Below the pieces are notes generated by a model. That model did not search any database, was not told where the DNA came from, and was given only the letters and a program-made list of their open reading frames with translations. Of a stretch of 33,715 nucleotides of DNA, positions 23,001-33,715 are shown piece after piece; position 1 is the first letter of the stretch, and every line of letters begins with the position of its first letter. The position numbers and the translations under genes are program-made. Source of the stretch: Paraglomus brasilianum. Its lineage: Eukaryota. The stretch lies in contig CAJVPI010000354.1 of NCBI GenBank assembly GCA_910592345.1, positions 1-33,715 of the forward strand, read 5' to 3'.

Positions 23001-23919
23001 TATGCCAAGGCATGGTTATATATGGCCATGGCAATTGTAGTAAAATGCTTAAAGAGGAAAGAGAGGATAGAAATAGCAATATACCCAACTACAATCTCAA
23101 CTTACCCTCTAATTTCTTCATCGCTCTCTGCATGTTCGATCTTGAACTGACAATACTGCGTCCATAAATCGACCGAATTAGATATTGCAGCCACGCCTCT
23201 TTCATAGATCTATATTATATGACGCTCATTAGACAAGAACCTCTTGTAAAAAAATGGAGATCAATTACAGTTTTATGGCGAATATATTCCAACCTTCTCT
23301 GCTCCAGCAGCGCTATCTATTGCCAACTCAATGTCGGCATATTTTCTCCAGTATCCGAAACATAGAGGAAATTTGGCCAAAAATCGGTCATAGACATTGC
23401 GTACGTTCTTGATATTCTCCTCTGAAGATTGTGCTGTTATGCCCCCATCTACTGATTCTGCTACACGAATCAGGTATTCCCAAGCTCCAAAGTCCTATAA
23501 CATTGGAACAAAGTATGTATGAGACAATAAGCTTTAAGACTTGTAAAGCAGTTTTGGACTATGACTACAAACTTGGCGTTATACCCTATAAACTGCTATA
23601 TATTGTATAACATGGTAAACTGCCCAAGCGCACACATCGTAATTACGAAAAGCTGGGGCTGATATACCGAGTCTTAATACAATGTATGCGGCTATTATAT
23701 CCATTAATGACTTACGTCAGGATTGGCATTAACTAACTCTTGTGCCTGATCCCACTCGGATTGCTGAGGAGGGGGTGGAACGGACGCTGCCTCTGACTGA
23801 GAATTATCCTCTCCCTCAGCAGCTGGCGGCGGTTGCTCTGATAGGCCGTTCGTCTGCATTGCAGATGGATATTGAGAGTAATCCTGTTCAGTTGTGAGTG
23901 CCTCCTCGTAAGTAGTCAT
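20025..23919 (-). CDS. PRP39: Pre-mRNA processing factor 39 (U1 snRNP HAT-repeat protein), 13 exons
   Basis: Exons 23919-23716, 23494-23294, 23209-23106, 22418-22251, 22151-22007, 21918-21808, 21711-21574, 21483-21371, 21279-21185, 21105-20933, 20857-20746, 20643-20246 and 20138-20025. Hallmark peptides: [61 protein letters not shown]. Confidence 0.95.
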
Positions 23920-24640
23920 CGCGTGATCCAGAAGATCTGTCAGCTGTCTTCTCGCAATTAGACAAGGATTGGGTTTTTGGGTTTTAAATGATGACGATGG
24001 GGCGCAGTAATGTGTATCACAAATAATTTTGGAGAAAGGGCGCGTCGAAAAAAAGGCTGACGGTAAGTAGAATGGTCTAGTGAACAAGAATTTTCTATTG
24101 AATTGAATTCAATCTATGACATTAATGGACAGAACTGCAAACTAGATGTCAAAAAGTAATCGATGTAATGGTGAGGGAGAAATTCAAGTTGGAGTGGGCA
24201 GTATAAAGTAAGCATTATAAGACTTGTTGGTCCAAATAAGATATGGTTTGGCAAGTGAATTTGTCACAATTAATTACTTGAACGCGGTTTACTGGATAAA
24301 TAAAATGTTGGCATTATGTGTTTAGATGACCAGTAATATCCAGATAATATAGCAATTTATACGTTCGTGCAGTATTGTAGAATTAACTTTGCAAAAGTCC
24401 AATTAGTCTAGAGCCTTAATTGCCTCCCAACAAATCGGCTGGATACTATATATTGTTTAGCGATTGCATTGGGGCTGTTGGTAATTTACTCCGTCGTTTT
24501 TTATTGAAATGCTTTATGAGAAGAATTAACAGTGTAAGTGTAAAATTGCTTTCATGAGCCAATGCAGATTCTTTGTTTTAATTAGATCGAACCCGCTAAT
24601 ACTAAGAAATGCTAAATGTAATAAATATCACAGCTTTGTT

Positions 24641-25231
24641 TCATTCAACCGAGACCTTCTTCAGCCGATCTCTGGCAATGCTGATCATGTCCCTTAATCC
24701 AATGGCCAATTCCTCTTCTTCATTCCCATTTCTTAATCTATTCTCGAAGACTGGAATAATCTCCCTCCTTGACCGTCCATTGACAAATACGACAAATCGA
24801 AAGCCATACTTGTTCTCATATTCCATATTTAACTCTTTTAGTCTTCCATTTACTTCGTCACCCTCAACAACTGTATTCTCTGTATTTGTTGCGCTCTGCC
24901 CCCCGCTCGCTCTGTCCATTCCTTTCTCTCCCATTCCTGCGCCATTATACCCTTGCTCTCGCAAAGAAAACGTAGATAACTTCTCCTTTTTCTCACCCAG
25001 CCTCGGATGAGCGTTTACTATCTCTTTCTTTTCTTCAATACTTAATTCGTTTCCAAGCACTATTGATTCCGCAATGTTGATCAGATCATCGTAGGAAGAG
25101 AATGGGCGCTTGGCATAGAGCTGCTGTGCAAGTGGAGGAGCAGGTTCAAAGAGGGTGTTTATTGATGCAATGAACTCGGAATATGTGAGTGAATTGAGAA
25201 GGGAGACGTGGGAAATTGTTGTAGAAGACAT
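24641..25231 (-). CDS. uraD: OHCU decarboxylase (2-oxo-4-hydroxy-4-carboxy-5-ureidoimidazoline decarboxylase; urate catabolism)
   Basis: Motifs KRPFSS, NAHPRLG, SLREQ, LNMEYENKYGFRFVVFVNGR and IARDRL are typical of the family. Single exon. Confidence 0.9.
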   Translation of the reverse strand: MSSTTISHVSLLNSLTYSEFIASINTLFEPAPPLAQQLYAKRPFSSYDDLINIAESIVLGNELSIEEKKEIVNAHPRLGEKKEKLSTFSLREQGYNGAGMGEKGMDRASGGQSATNTENTVVEGDEVNGRLKELNMEYENKYGFRFVVFVNGRSRREIIPVFENRLRNGNEEEELAIGLRDMISIARDRLKKVSVE

Positions 25232-28195
25232 TTATAAATGATTACGAGAAATGACAACGGACAAAGATACATTAAACGTGCGTTGCACAACGTACAAGTA
25301 TATGCTTTAATTGGTCGCGATTGTTTTGTAAATGATTGCCTCCATGATTTGATACACTGGTTAGATATGTTTTAGTAGAGAATTCAGGAAAGACTTTTTT
25401 TTTACCAGATACTTATAACAATCAGAAACCCATAATACTATAGAGGATCTCATATATGCCACCGCCACAAATGCAATTTAATGTGGGATCGCTTATTTGA
25501 CTTCTGATATTCTGAGCTACAAGGCCAGTAGGAGGGGTTCTTTTTCTTTTAATTTTGGATGACATCTGGTGTTGCCACGAGATGGCCCATTCACGGTTCG
25601 TATTAATTATATCTGTTGTGATAAACTAGATTCTTAGTTTTTACATCTAAGTTGAGAGATACCACGTATTTCAGCGCGAGTTTGTGCATTTGTACTTATA
25701 ATGTTGGTGGCTCATGTGATGGTGCAATAATCAAGATATCCTGGTGAGTGTCGTCGCAGAAAAAGTCATTGCTGATAAAAAGCTGATTTGAACGTCATTT
25801 ATAGGATCGTTGGCAAGAGATGCGAGTCACCCCCGCGGGTAATGTGCCATGGCGAGTGCTTATATCACTCAATCTATAGTGTGAGGCATAGTGCACTCTA
25901 GCCGCGTTCAGAGTGTATAGGATGACGAAAGACGGTTGCGCCCTGAATCTGTGTAACCGCTGTTTCAACATCCTGCCGAACTACGTGTAATACTCCCTTA
26001 CAAAAGTTCTTTGATACTTTCACAAGTCTCGCCAGAACATTACAACAGAAAGACAATTCGATTTAAAATTACACGAGGCGATCCGTAAAGCTCGCGATGA
26101 AATCCGTGAGGAAAGATATGCATGATACGTTCAAAGTAATTCGTAAACAAATTTGCGATGAAAGAAATTCGCGACGCGATAAAAGAAATGGCAACAGATA
26201 GAAAATGGAGGTTATGAGATTAGTTCGTTCTCTCGATCTTGAATAGTTATCGTCAAATTGTCCGCACTGAAGATCTGTATGTTTGGGTATATAAAGTAGC
26301 AAAACAAATAGTCTTGTGATTCTAAATCACAAGCGTCTAATTCACGAATTCGGTTTACTATTGGGTAGAGATATACAGTACAAATTTTCGATCCCAAGAT
26401 ATAGAAGAGAATTAATATGCTATGCGGAAGTATTACTGCTTTATTAAAAATCAAAAAAGGAGGTATAATCATTATATTTTAAGGTATTACCAAATAAGGA
26501 TACCCACTCAGCATCAGGCTTTCTGGGCAATGGCATTATGACGAGTAATAGCGAAGCTCACTCAAATATTCGATTTTTCAAAATACATCATAATTATTAT
26601 ATAGTTTGTTATTTTAGATAGAGATTGACAAACCTGTTGAGTATTATCAACTTCCATACTGTTTACAAATCACAAGTTCTGCATAATTTAATGGTACTTA
26701 CAATGTGTAAAGAAATTATTGGCAAAAATAAATTGCGTAGATATAACTTTCCCCAAAATAAGCCAATTTACGTAAACTTGTTTTTGTTTTGATTACGAAA
26801 ACCTGCTCTTTATTTTTACTAAATGGCGTAATGTCTTTTAGAAGGCACTTTTAACAAAATAAATTTAAAAACTAGCGAGAAACTATTACATTTTTGAAAC
26901 ATAGTCCGCTCAACCAAAGATATTCACAAAGCCAATGCGGCCTATCTATAAAAGTTGGCAGTATAGATCACAAAGAGGGCCGAAAAATCACTCCCATTGT
27001 TGCTGCGGTACATCTGTCAGAATATACGCCGTGATTCCACAATTTAAATCCAATAGAAAATCAGAATGTCACAAAATCAGCGAGATTTGAGTTGTTTATG
27101 ATAGAGGCTATTCCAGAAAACATATTAATTAATTTAGCTATCAAACGAGGTATTAATCGTGCTGATTGCTATGGTCAGTGATCAAATATGTAATCGCCAA
27201 CTATTTCTTTAGACACTACTAGCGCTAGACATTTTTGCATGGTGAAAGTGAAAAGAGAAGTTTTTGATTTATTTTCTTGGGGATATCATAATATTACAAA
27301 GGGATATCTAAGCAGCCATTGGTTGCTGCAGGGGGGAGGGGGGAGTGAAAGCCTCTACTTTAGTGGCACAGTTGTGGCTTATTAGCAATGTGGCCGATAC
27401 ATCTTCACAATTTCATCTCTGCAGTGTTATATTTTGTTGAAGACAGCCTTTGTTTACATACCTGATCAGGATACCATCGTTTGAGATTTGGCCATTCTTC
27501 GAGTTCTAATATCCAAACGCCTTAATACTGAGTTAGTTTAAGATTAGCCATTTAATTGTCGACAGTCCAGGTTCTTATATTTTAAATATATATATTCTAG
27601 TTACAAGCATACAAAGATATCAATGGAATGTATTAAAAGCTATTTCTATCGTAATTTGACTGTTAATTTACTAAAATTACAGATTATTCTATTCAATTGG
27701 ATAAGATTATTAAAACGACAGTTAACCCTTTGATGCTCATAAAATGGTAGAAGTTACGCTTAACCAATAAACATGTTGTTAAGTCCTCATCTTTAAGCGG
27801 AGGCACTTGCCATGAACAAATAGAGCAAAAGTTGCTTTACAGATTGTTTACGACGTGTTATCGTTATTATCAACCATACTAATAAGCTAATGTGGCATAG
27901 TTATAATTGAGGTTGAGTGATGGCGTCAAGTGTAACATTTTAATGTCTTAACTCTGGTCGTGAAATTAGGACTGAAGTGACTGGAATCACTCTAGATTAA
28001 ATCTTTATATGTGCATGCTTGTAACGAGCCAAGAAACAAACTGTTCTATGAGCTGCAGATTAATTAGGCTTAGTATTAGGTTTGGGTAATTGATAACATG
28101 GTTGTGAAAAAACTGACAAATGAACGGAATGACAAACGCCATATAGAGTAAATGGGGTTCTAGTTCTTGTTACAAAAAAACTTTATTAAATAATA

Positions 28196-28851
28196 CACGG
28201 TCAGACTCGATAAGTCGGCCCCTCGATAAGTCGGCCCCTCGATAAGTCGGCCCCTCGATAAGTCGGTTTTGGCTTAAGTCGGCCAAAATTTTTCGGATCT
28301 TTTTTTTTTACTATTTAAAAATTCGCTAACCTATGTAAATTCTCGATAAGTCGTTAAGTCGTCCAGCTGGATGTGTCTCGATAAGTCGGTTTCACGTGTC
28401 AATTTGTAAGTTTCTTCAATTTAATTGGTGGACCATGCTACACAAATGCTTATGTTCAAAAGACACCAAACTAAATACGCATTTAGATCATACGATTAAA
28501 GTCATACGATTAAAACACTAGCCATGTCATTAGATTATATGATTAAAGTAGTAAACATATCGTTAGAATCATACGATAGACATGCACTATACATGTCATT
28601 AGATCATACGATTAATGCAGTAAACATATCGCTAGAATCATACGATAGACATGCACTATTTGCTATATAAATAAAGGTAATTGATATCCCTCTGTCTTCG
28701 TTGATAAGAAGAAAACAAGTCGATTCTCTAAGACAAGCTAATCTGCAAGATTATTTTGCGATGTAATTATATTAGTGTATTAATAATAAATCTCGATAAG
28801 TCGGCCATTTGAGGCGGGATACTGTTGAACGACTTATCGAGACTGACTGTG
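28196..28851. mobile_element. 656-bp non-autonomous Tc1/mariner/pogo-type element with TA TSD
   Basis: TIRs CACGGTCAGACTCGATAAGTCG and CGACTTATCGAGACTGACTGTG, flanked by TA on both sides. Tandem CTCGATAAGTCGG repeats inside. The paralogous site at ~31393-31401 is empty (TAATA|ACAC). Confidence 0.92.
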
Positions 28852-29008
28852 TAACACGTTCCTCCGGAAAAAGCGATGCCATTGAACAAAAGTCTGTTCT
28901 CCCATAAAGGTTTTTTATTAGCAATATGAAATATTCAAAATGACAACACAATATATGAAGACTATTGCATGCAATAAATACTATTCCCAACATTAGTGAT
29001 GTTACCTA

Positions 29009-30692
29009 TCATTTAGATAATAGAACTTTCTCAAGTCGCTGTCTCTTTGCTTGTGGTTGTTCCTCAATACTTGCAATCTTATCTTGGAGAATTCCAAGGA
29101 TTGCACGAACTAGAATTTGTACATCATTTGCCAGCCTATCATCATCAACATCATCGCTATTAACACTTAATGTCTGTATCTTCTTATTTGCTGCTGCAAG
29201 CTCATTAGCAGAACTTACAACTGTAAAGATCCATTGGTCGCCTGTAGAGACAATTCCATAAACATAATCATATCCAGCAAGATCGTCAAATTTTCGTTTT
29301 CTTAAATTGGTCTAATGTAAGATTTGTTATTATGAATACATTTTTAGTGTTAAAAATTTGTGTTGGACAATAATAAGAAATATAATTTACCTTGCAAGCG
29401 CTATGTGATTGAATGAAATTTTGACATATTCCTTGTTCTATATCTGTGATCTTTGCCTCAGTTATACAAATCATAGTATTCACATGTTTGATAACGAAAT
29501 CCACACGTCCATCTCCATGCGATCCAACAATATTATATTGTTGATTTATCCGAACATCTTCTCCACATGATTTAACAATGTCACGTAAAACAGCATCGAT
29601 ATAATATGACCGTTCTATCTCATTCTTCCCTCCAATTGGACCTGATGTGTGTATAAGTAGCTTAAAAGTAAACAGTAAAATGATGCATATTAGTATTAAA
29701 CAAACCTGTATAAAGAGATAACAAATATAGTGTACCTTCAGACGTGTCACTATAGCATCGGTTATTCTTTTTAGCTGTTCTTCAGATATATCAGCAGGTT
29801 TTGTAGCTTTTAATGAAGACATTAGTATGCATATACAACATATTAATATAACTTTCTCAATACCGTATCCTCTTGTGAATAACATCACGTAAATAATACT
29901 TACAAAATTCCATTTGGGGTAAGTCATCTATTGTAGTCAAGCCTTTTATATTTGTACCAAAAATACCCACAAGATCGATTATTCTCTTATATTTAGAGAA
30001 ATTTGTTTGTGCTAAAATGTGAAAGCACGCAATATTAATTTCACACCAATAACTTATGTAAAAAAGTATGATATCAATTGCATACTTACGAGTTTCAACA
30101 GTAAATTTGATTCTTTTAAGCCCATTTAGCTTGGGAACGGTTTCAAGAAAGCTGTAGAATGTTTCTTTATCTTTTATTACATTGTTTGCAGGTGGTTTGA
30201 TAGTAATTTCAGACTCGTCAACGTCTTCAAGCAAATCAAGAAATTCCGTCATGATTTTCCTTTGTAATAGCGTCCAGTCATCGATGGCGATTGAGAAAAT
30301 TTTTTTGTTTTTCTTATATGTCGCTGTGCAATATAACCTGAACCGCTCTAGAAGAAACAACGGTTAGGTACTGTATTGATCAAATATTGAAGTTTATTCA
30401 CGATTACTTTCAGTCAAAGTCGAAACTTACCAAGCCGCGCACATAGTTCCTTCATAATCTTTAAAATGCATGTTGCAATTCCAGTCGTCATCCCCAAATT
30501 TACGAGTTCTTCTCTCGAAAAAAGGGTAATAGCACGGGCATCGATTTCATTTTTTTCAAGTACATTCTCATCTTTGCTGCTTAAACCTGAACTTATATGT
30601 TTATTAAGATACTTTATGAATTGCTCTATGTTCCATTTCCAAACTTCTTCGAGAGAAGAAGGTTCTTCGATTGCAATATTGCTACTGGTCAT
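29009..30692 (-). CDS. Crinkler-like protein: SAM domain + putative beta-grasp domain + PD-(D/E)XK (REase) nuclease, copy A
   Basis: Exons 30692-30431, 30347-30090, 30011-29904, 29806-29736, 29660-29391 and 29311-29009, in frame. SAM-like WNIEQFIKYL...LEKNEIDARAI...EELVNLGM. REase-like NE..RS, GRVDF, ITEAK, QNFIQ, YGIVSTGDQWIF. Basic RKRK segment. Confidence 0.85.
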
Positions 30693-30865
30693 TATTATTA
30701 TGTTTTCAGAAGTTATGATAGTGCGTAATATGGAGTAGCGCTTTGAAAGAGAGGTGCACGCGCTATAAAGAGGAGTGGCAGGGGTATATATGATTTATTT
30801 AGAAATATGGTGTAGATCACGACATCATTGTAATACGAACGAATGGTCATAAGTATAAATGTGTA

Positions 30866-31010
30866 CAGTCAACCCTCTTTATAGTCACCCTCTGTAAGCA
30901 CATCATATAAAAACATCTTTATAAGCACACCATGTTTGAGACCCAATTACTATTGAACTTGTAGAAAAAACCTCTATATAGCCACAACTTCTTTATAAAC
31001 ACATTTCCAA
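30866..31010. mobile_element. Left end of a Tc1/pogo-type MITE between the two duplicated copies
   Basis: TA|CAGTCAACCCTCTTTATAGTCAC with subterminal CTCT(T/A)TATA repeats. No matching right TIR was found before copy B begins. Confidence 0.55.
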
Positions 31011-31555
31011 CTCTAACCAAGAGCATTATATTCGGCTCTTATGGACAGTGACCAAGTCTGAGACTCGTCGTTGTGAATTTTTTTTCCGTTCCGTGAAGAT
31101 GTGGTTGCATAAATTGTTACTTTCACTCCTATTGATGCTAAGGTATGATACCTGATCGTTGAGTAACAAAGGATAAGATTCGTTGACAAATGAAATATTT
31201 TCATTCTAAAACTTAAATTCTTGTCCAACTCAATTTTAGAGGGATTGTTAAACAAAAAACCAAGAAACAAACTGTTCTATGAGCTGCAGATTAATTAGGC
31301 TTAGTATTAGGTTTGGGTAATTGATGACACAAATGAACGGAATGACAAACGCCATATAGTTCTAGCTCTTGTTACAAAAAAACTTTATTAACTAATAACA
31401 CATTACTCCGGAAAAAGTGATGCCATTGAACAAAAGTTTGTTCTCCATAAAGGTTTTTATTAGCAATATGGAAATATTCAGAATGACAACGCGAAATATA
31501 TGAAGACTATTGCATGCAATACTTATACTATTCCCAACATTAGTGATGTTACCTA

Positions 31556-33264
31556 TCATTTAGTTGATAGAACCTCCTCAAGTCGCTGTCTCTTTGCTTG
31601 TGGTTGTTCCTCAATACTTGCAATCTTATCTTGGAGAATTCCAAGGATTGCACGAACTAGAATTTGTACATCATTTGCCAGCCTATCATCATCAACATCA
31701 TCGCTATTAACACTTAATGTCTGTATCTTCTTATTTGCTGCTGCAAGCTCATTAGCAGAACTTACAACTGTAAAGATCCATTGGTCGCCTGTAGAGACAA
31801 TTCCATAAACATAATCATATCCAGCAAGATCTTCCAATTTTCGTTTTCTATTTCTTAAATTGGTCTAACATAAGATTTGTTATTATGAATACATTTTAGT
31901 GTCAAAAATTTGTGTTGGCATAATAATAAGAAATATAATTTACCTTGCAAGTGCTATGTAATTGGATGAAATTTTGACATATTCCTTGTTCTATATCTGT
32001 GATCTTTGCCTCAGTTATACAAATCATAGTATTCACATGCTTGATAACGAAATCCACACGTGATCCAACAATATTATATTGTTGATATATCTGAACATCT
32101 TTTCCACATGATTTAACAATGTCACGTAAAACAGCATCAATATAATATGACCGTTCTATCTCATTCTTCCCTCCAATTGGACCTAATGTGTGTATAAGTA
32201 GCTTAAAAGTAAACAGTAAAATGATGCATATTAGTATTAAACAAACCTGTATAAAGAGATAACAAATATAATGTACCTTCAGACGTGTCACTATAGCATC
32301 GGTTATTCTTTTTAACTGTTCTTCAGATATATCAGCAGGTTTTGTAGCTTTTAATCAAGATATTAGTATGCATATACAATATATATAACTTTTTCAATAC
32401 CGTATCCTCTTGTGAATAAACACCCCCCTTTGATCATACGAAAATAATCAGCAACCATCACGTAAATAATACTTACAAAATTCCATTTGGGGTAAGTCAT
32501 CTATTGTAGTCAAGTCTTTTATATTTGCACCAAAAATATTCACAAGATCAGTTATTCTCTTATATTTAGGGAAATTTGTTTGTGCTAAAATGTGAAAGCA
32601 CGCAATATTAATTTCACACCAATAACTTATGTAAAAAAGTATGATATCAATTGCATACTTACGAGTTTCAACAGTAAATTTGATGCTTTTAAGCCCATTT
32701 AGCTTGGGAACGGTTTCAAGAAAGCTGTAGAATGTTTTTTTATCTTTTATTACATTGTTTGCAGGTGGTTTGATAGCAATTTCAGACTCGTCAACGTCTT
32801 CAAGCAAATAAAGAAATTCCGTCCTGATTTTCCTTTGTAATAGCGTCCAGTCATTGTTGGCGATTGAGAAATTTCTTTTTTTTTTCTTATATGTCGCTGT
32901 GCAATCTAAGATGAACGGCTCTAGAAGAAACAACGGTTAGGTACTGTATTGTCAAATATTGAAGTTCATTCACGATTACTTTCAGTCAAAGTCGAAACTC
33001 ACCAAGCCGCGCGCATAGTTTCTTCATAATCTTTAAAATGCGTGTTGCAATTCTAGTCGTCATCCCCAAATTTACGAGTTTTTTTCTCGAAAAATGGGTA
33101 ACAGCGCGGCCATCGATTTCATTTTTTTCAAGTACATTCTCATCTTTGCTGCTTAAACCTGAACTTATATGTTTATTAAGATACTTTATGAATTGCTCTA
33201 TGTTCCATTTCCAAACTTCTTCGAGAGAGGAAGGTTCTTCGATTGCAATATTGCTACTGGTCAT
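31556..33264 (-). CDS. Crinkler-like SAM + beta-grasp + REase protein, copy B
   Basis: Same exon structure as copy A with splice sites retained. In-frame 12-nt deletion before the VD motif (GSRVDF) and a 6-nt insertion in the basic segment (LRNRKRK). Confidence 0.82.
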
Positions 33265-33609
33265 TATTATTATGTTTTCAGAAGTTACTATCGCGAGGGA
33301 CTTTTATGTTTTCAGAAGTTACAGCAAAGGGCGTTCTTTGTTGTGACAAATGTGCGTAATATGGTTGTTGTGCGCAAAAAAAATGTGCGGGCATGTGACT
33401 ACTGAGGTTGTCGATACTAGTTTTGGAAGAGATCGCTCTACAGTCGAAGTAAATTGTACCACAACAACTATCGCGAGGAACTTTTATTCACAATTTGTAC
33501 CACAATAACCAATTACATATAAATATAAGTACACCCACGTGACATTTAAAAAAAGGTCAGCCAATTAATCGCCGCAATAGTGACATTAGTTTACTTATCA
33601 GTACTAGTA

Positions 33610-33715
33610 CCGTAAACTGCCATGAATAAGAGCCTACAGTGAATAAGGGCCCCCTCATATGAAAAAATGCTGCCGTGAATAAGGGCCGTAATGCTATGAA
33701 ATAACCGCCCCCTTA
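33610..33715. mobile_element. Left end of a pogo/Tigger-like element, truncated by the window edge
   Basis: TA|CCGTAAACTGCCATGAATAAG followed by repeated GTGAATAAGGGCC subterminal motifs. Confidence 0.6.

Larger units (their letters stand above)
28029..33288. repeat. Tandem segmental duplication: copy A ~28029-30716, copy B ~31260-33288
   Basis: Both copies begin CCAAGAAACAAACTGTTCTATGAGCTGCAG and end TTATGTTTTCAGAAGTTA. Exons and introns are collinear. Confidence 0.95.

Noticed and set aside
24609..25010. Antisense ORFs over real genes (also 6652-6897, 15818-16114, 20263-20512, 28965-29261, 30466-30738, 31500-31808, 33038-33346)
   Set aside because: Shadow frames of recognised coding exons on the opposite strand.
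26490..26560. TPP-riboswitch-like words (GCTGAG, CCTGAT, TAATGCC) on the minus strand
   Set aside because: The motifs are in the wrong order, there are no supporting stems, and no thiamine gene is nearby.
25250..28020. Short ORFs and small hairpins upstream of the OHCU decarboxylase gene
   Set aside because: No recognisable protein motifs, splice-consistent model, tRNA or structured RNA could be supported by eye.
14948..30866. Similar TIRs at 14948 and 30866 as the ends of one large element
   Set aside because: They face outward, so they belong to separate elements and do not enclose the interval.

Overview
AT-rich, intron-containing eukaryotic DNA. The gene families present (WTSGN-type tyrosine-kinase-like kinases, SAM/REase Crinkler-like genes, many TA-targeting MITEs) suggest an early-diverging fungus of Mucoromycota, most likely an arbuscular mycorrhizal Glomeromycotina species or Endogonales; this assignment is inference. 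Left to right: a MITE end; a short LRR-coding relic whose frame reads through a TGA, possibly DNA from a Mollicutes-related endobacterium (618-760); a foldback MITE with an 8-bp TSD; a degenerate ~355-bp-period tandem array; a 4-exon kinase fused to ~17 near-identical 102-bp TPR repeats (- strand); a 5-exon TKL kinase with reiterated degenerate N-terminal modules (+ strand); an intronless multi-TM orphan; a possible small spliced orphan; a 13-exon PRP39 whose 687-nt intron 3 has two extra stop-introducing acceptor candidates; an OHCU decarboxylase; and a tandem duplication of a 6-exon SAM + beta-grasp-like + PD-(D/E)XK nuclease gene, where one copy carries a MITE and the other has the empty site. 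All gene models were spliced by eye from GT-AG sites and frame continuity. No database searches were run.
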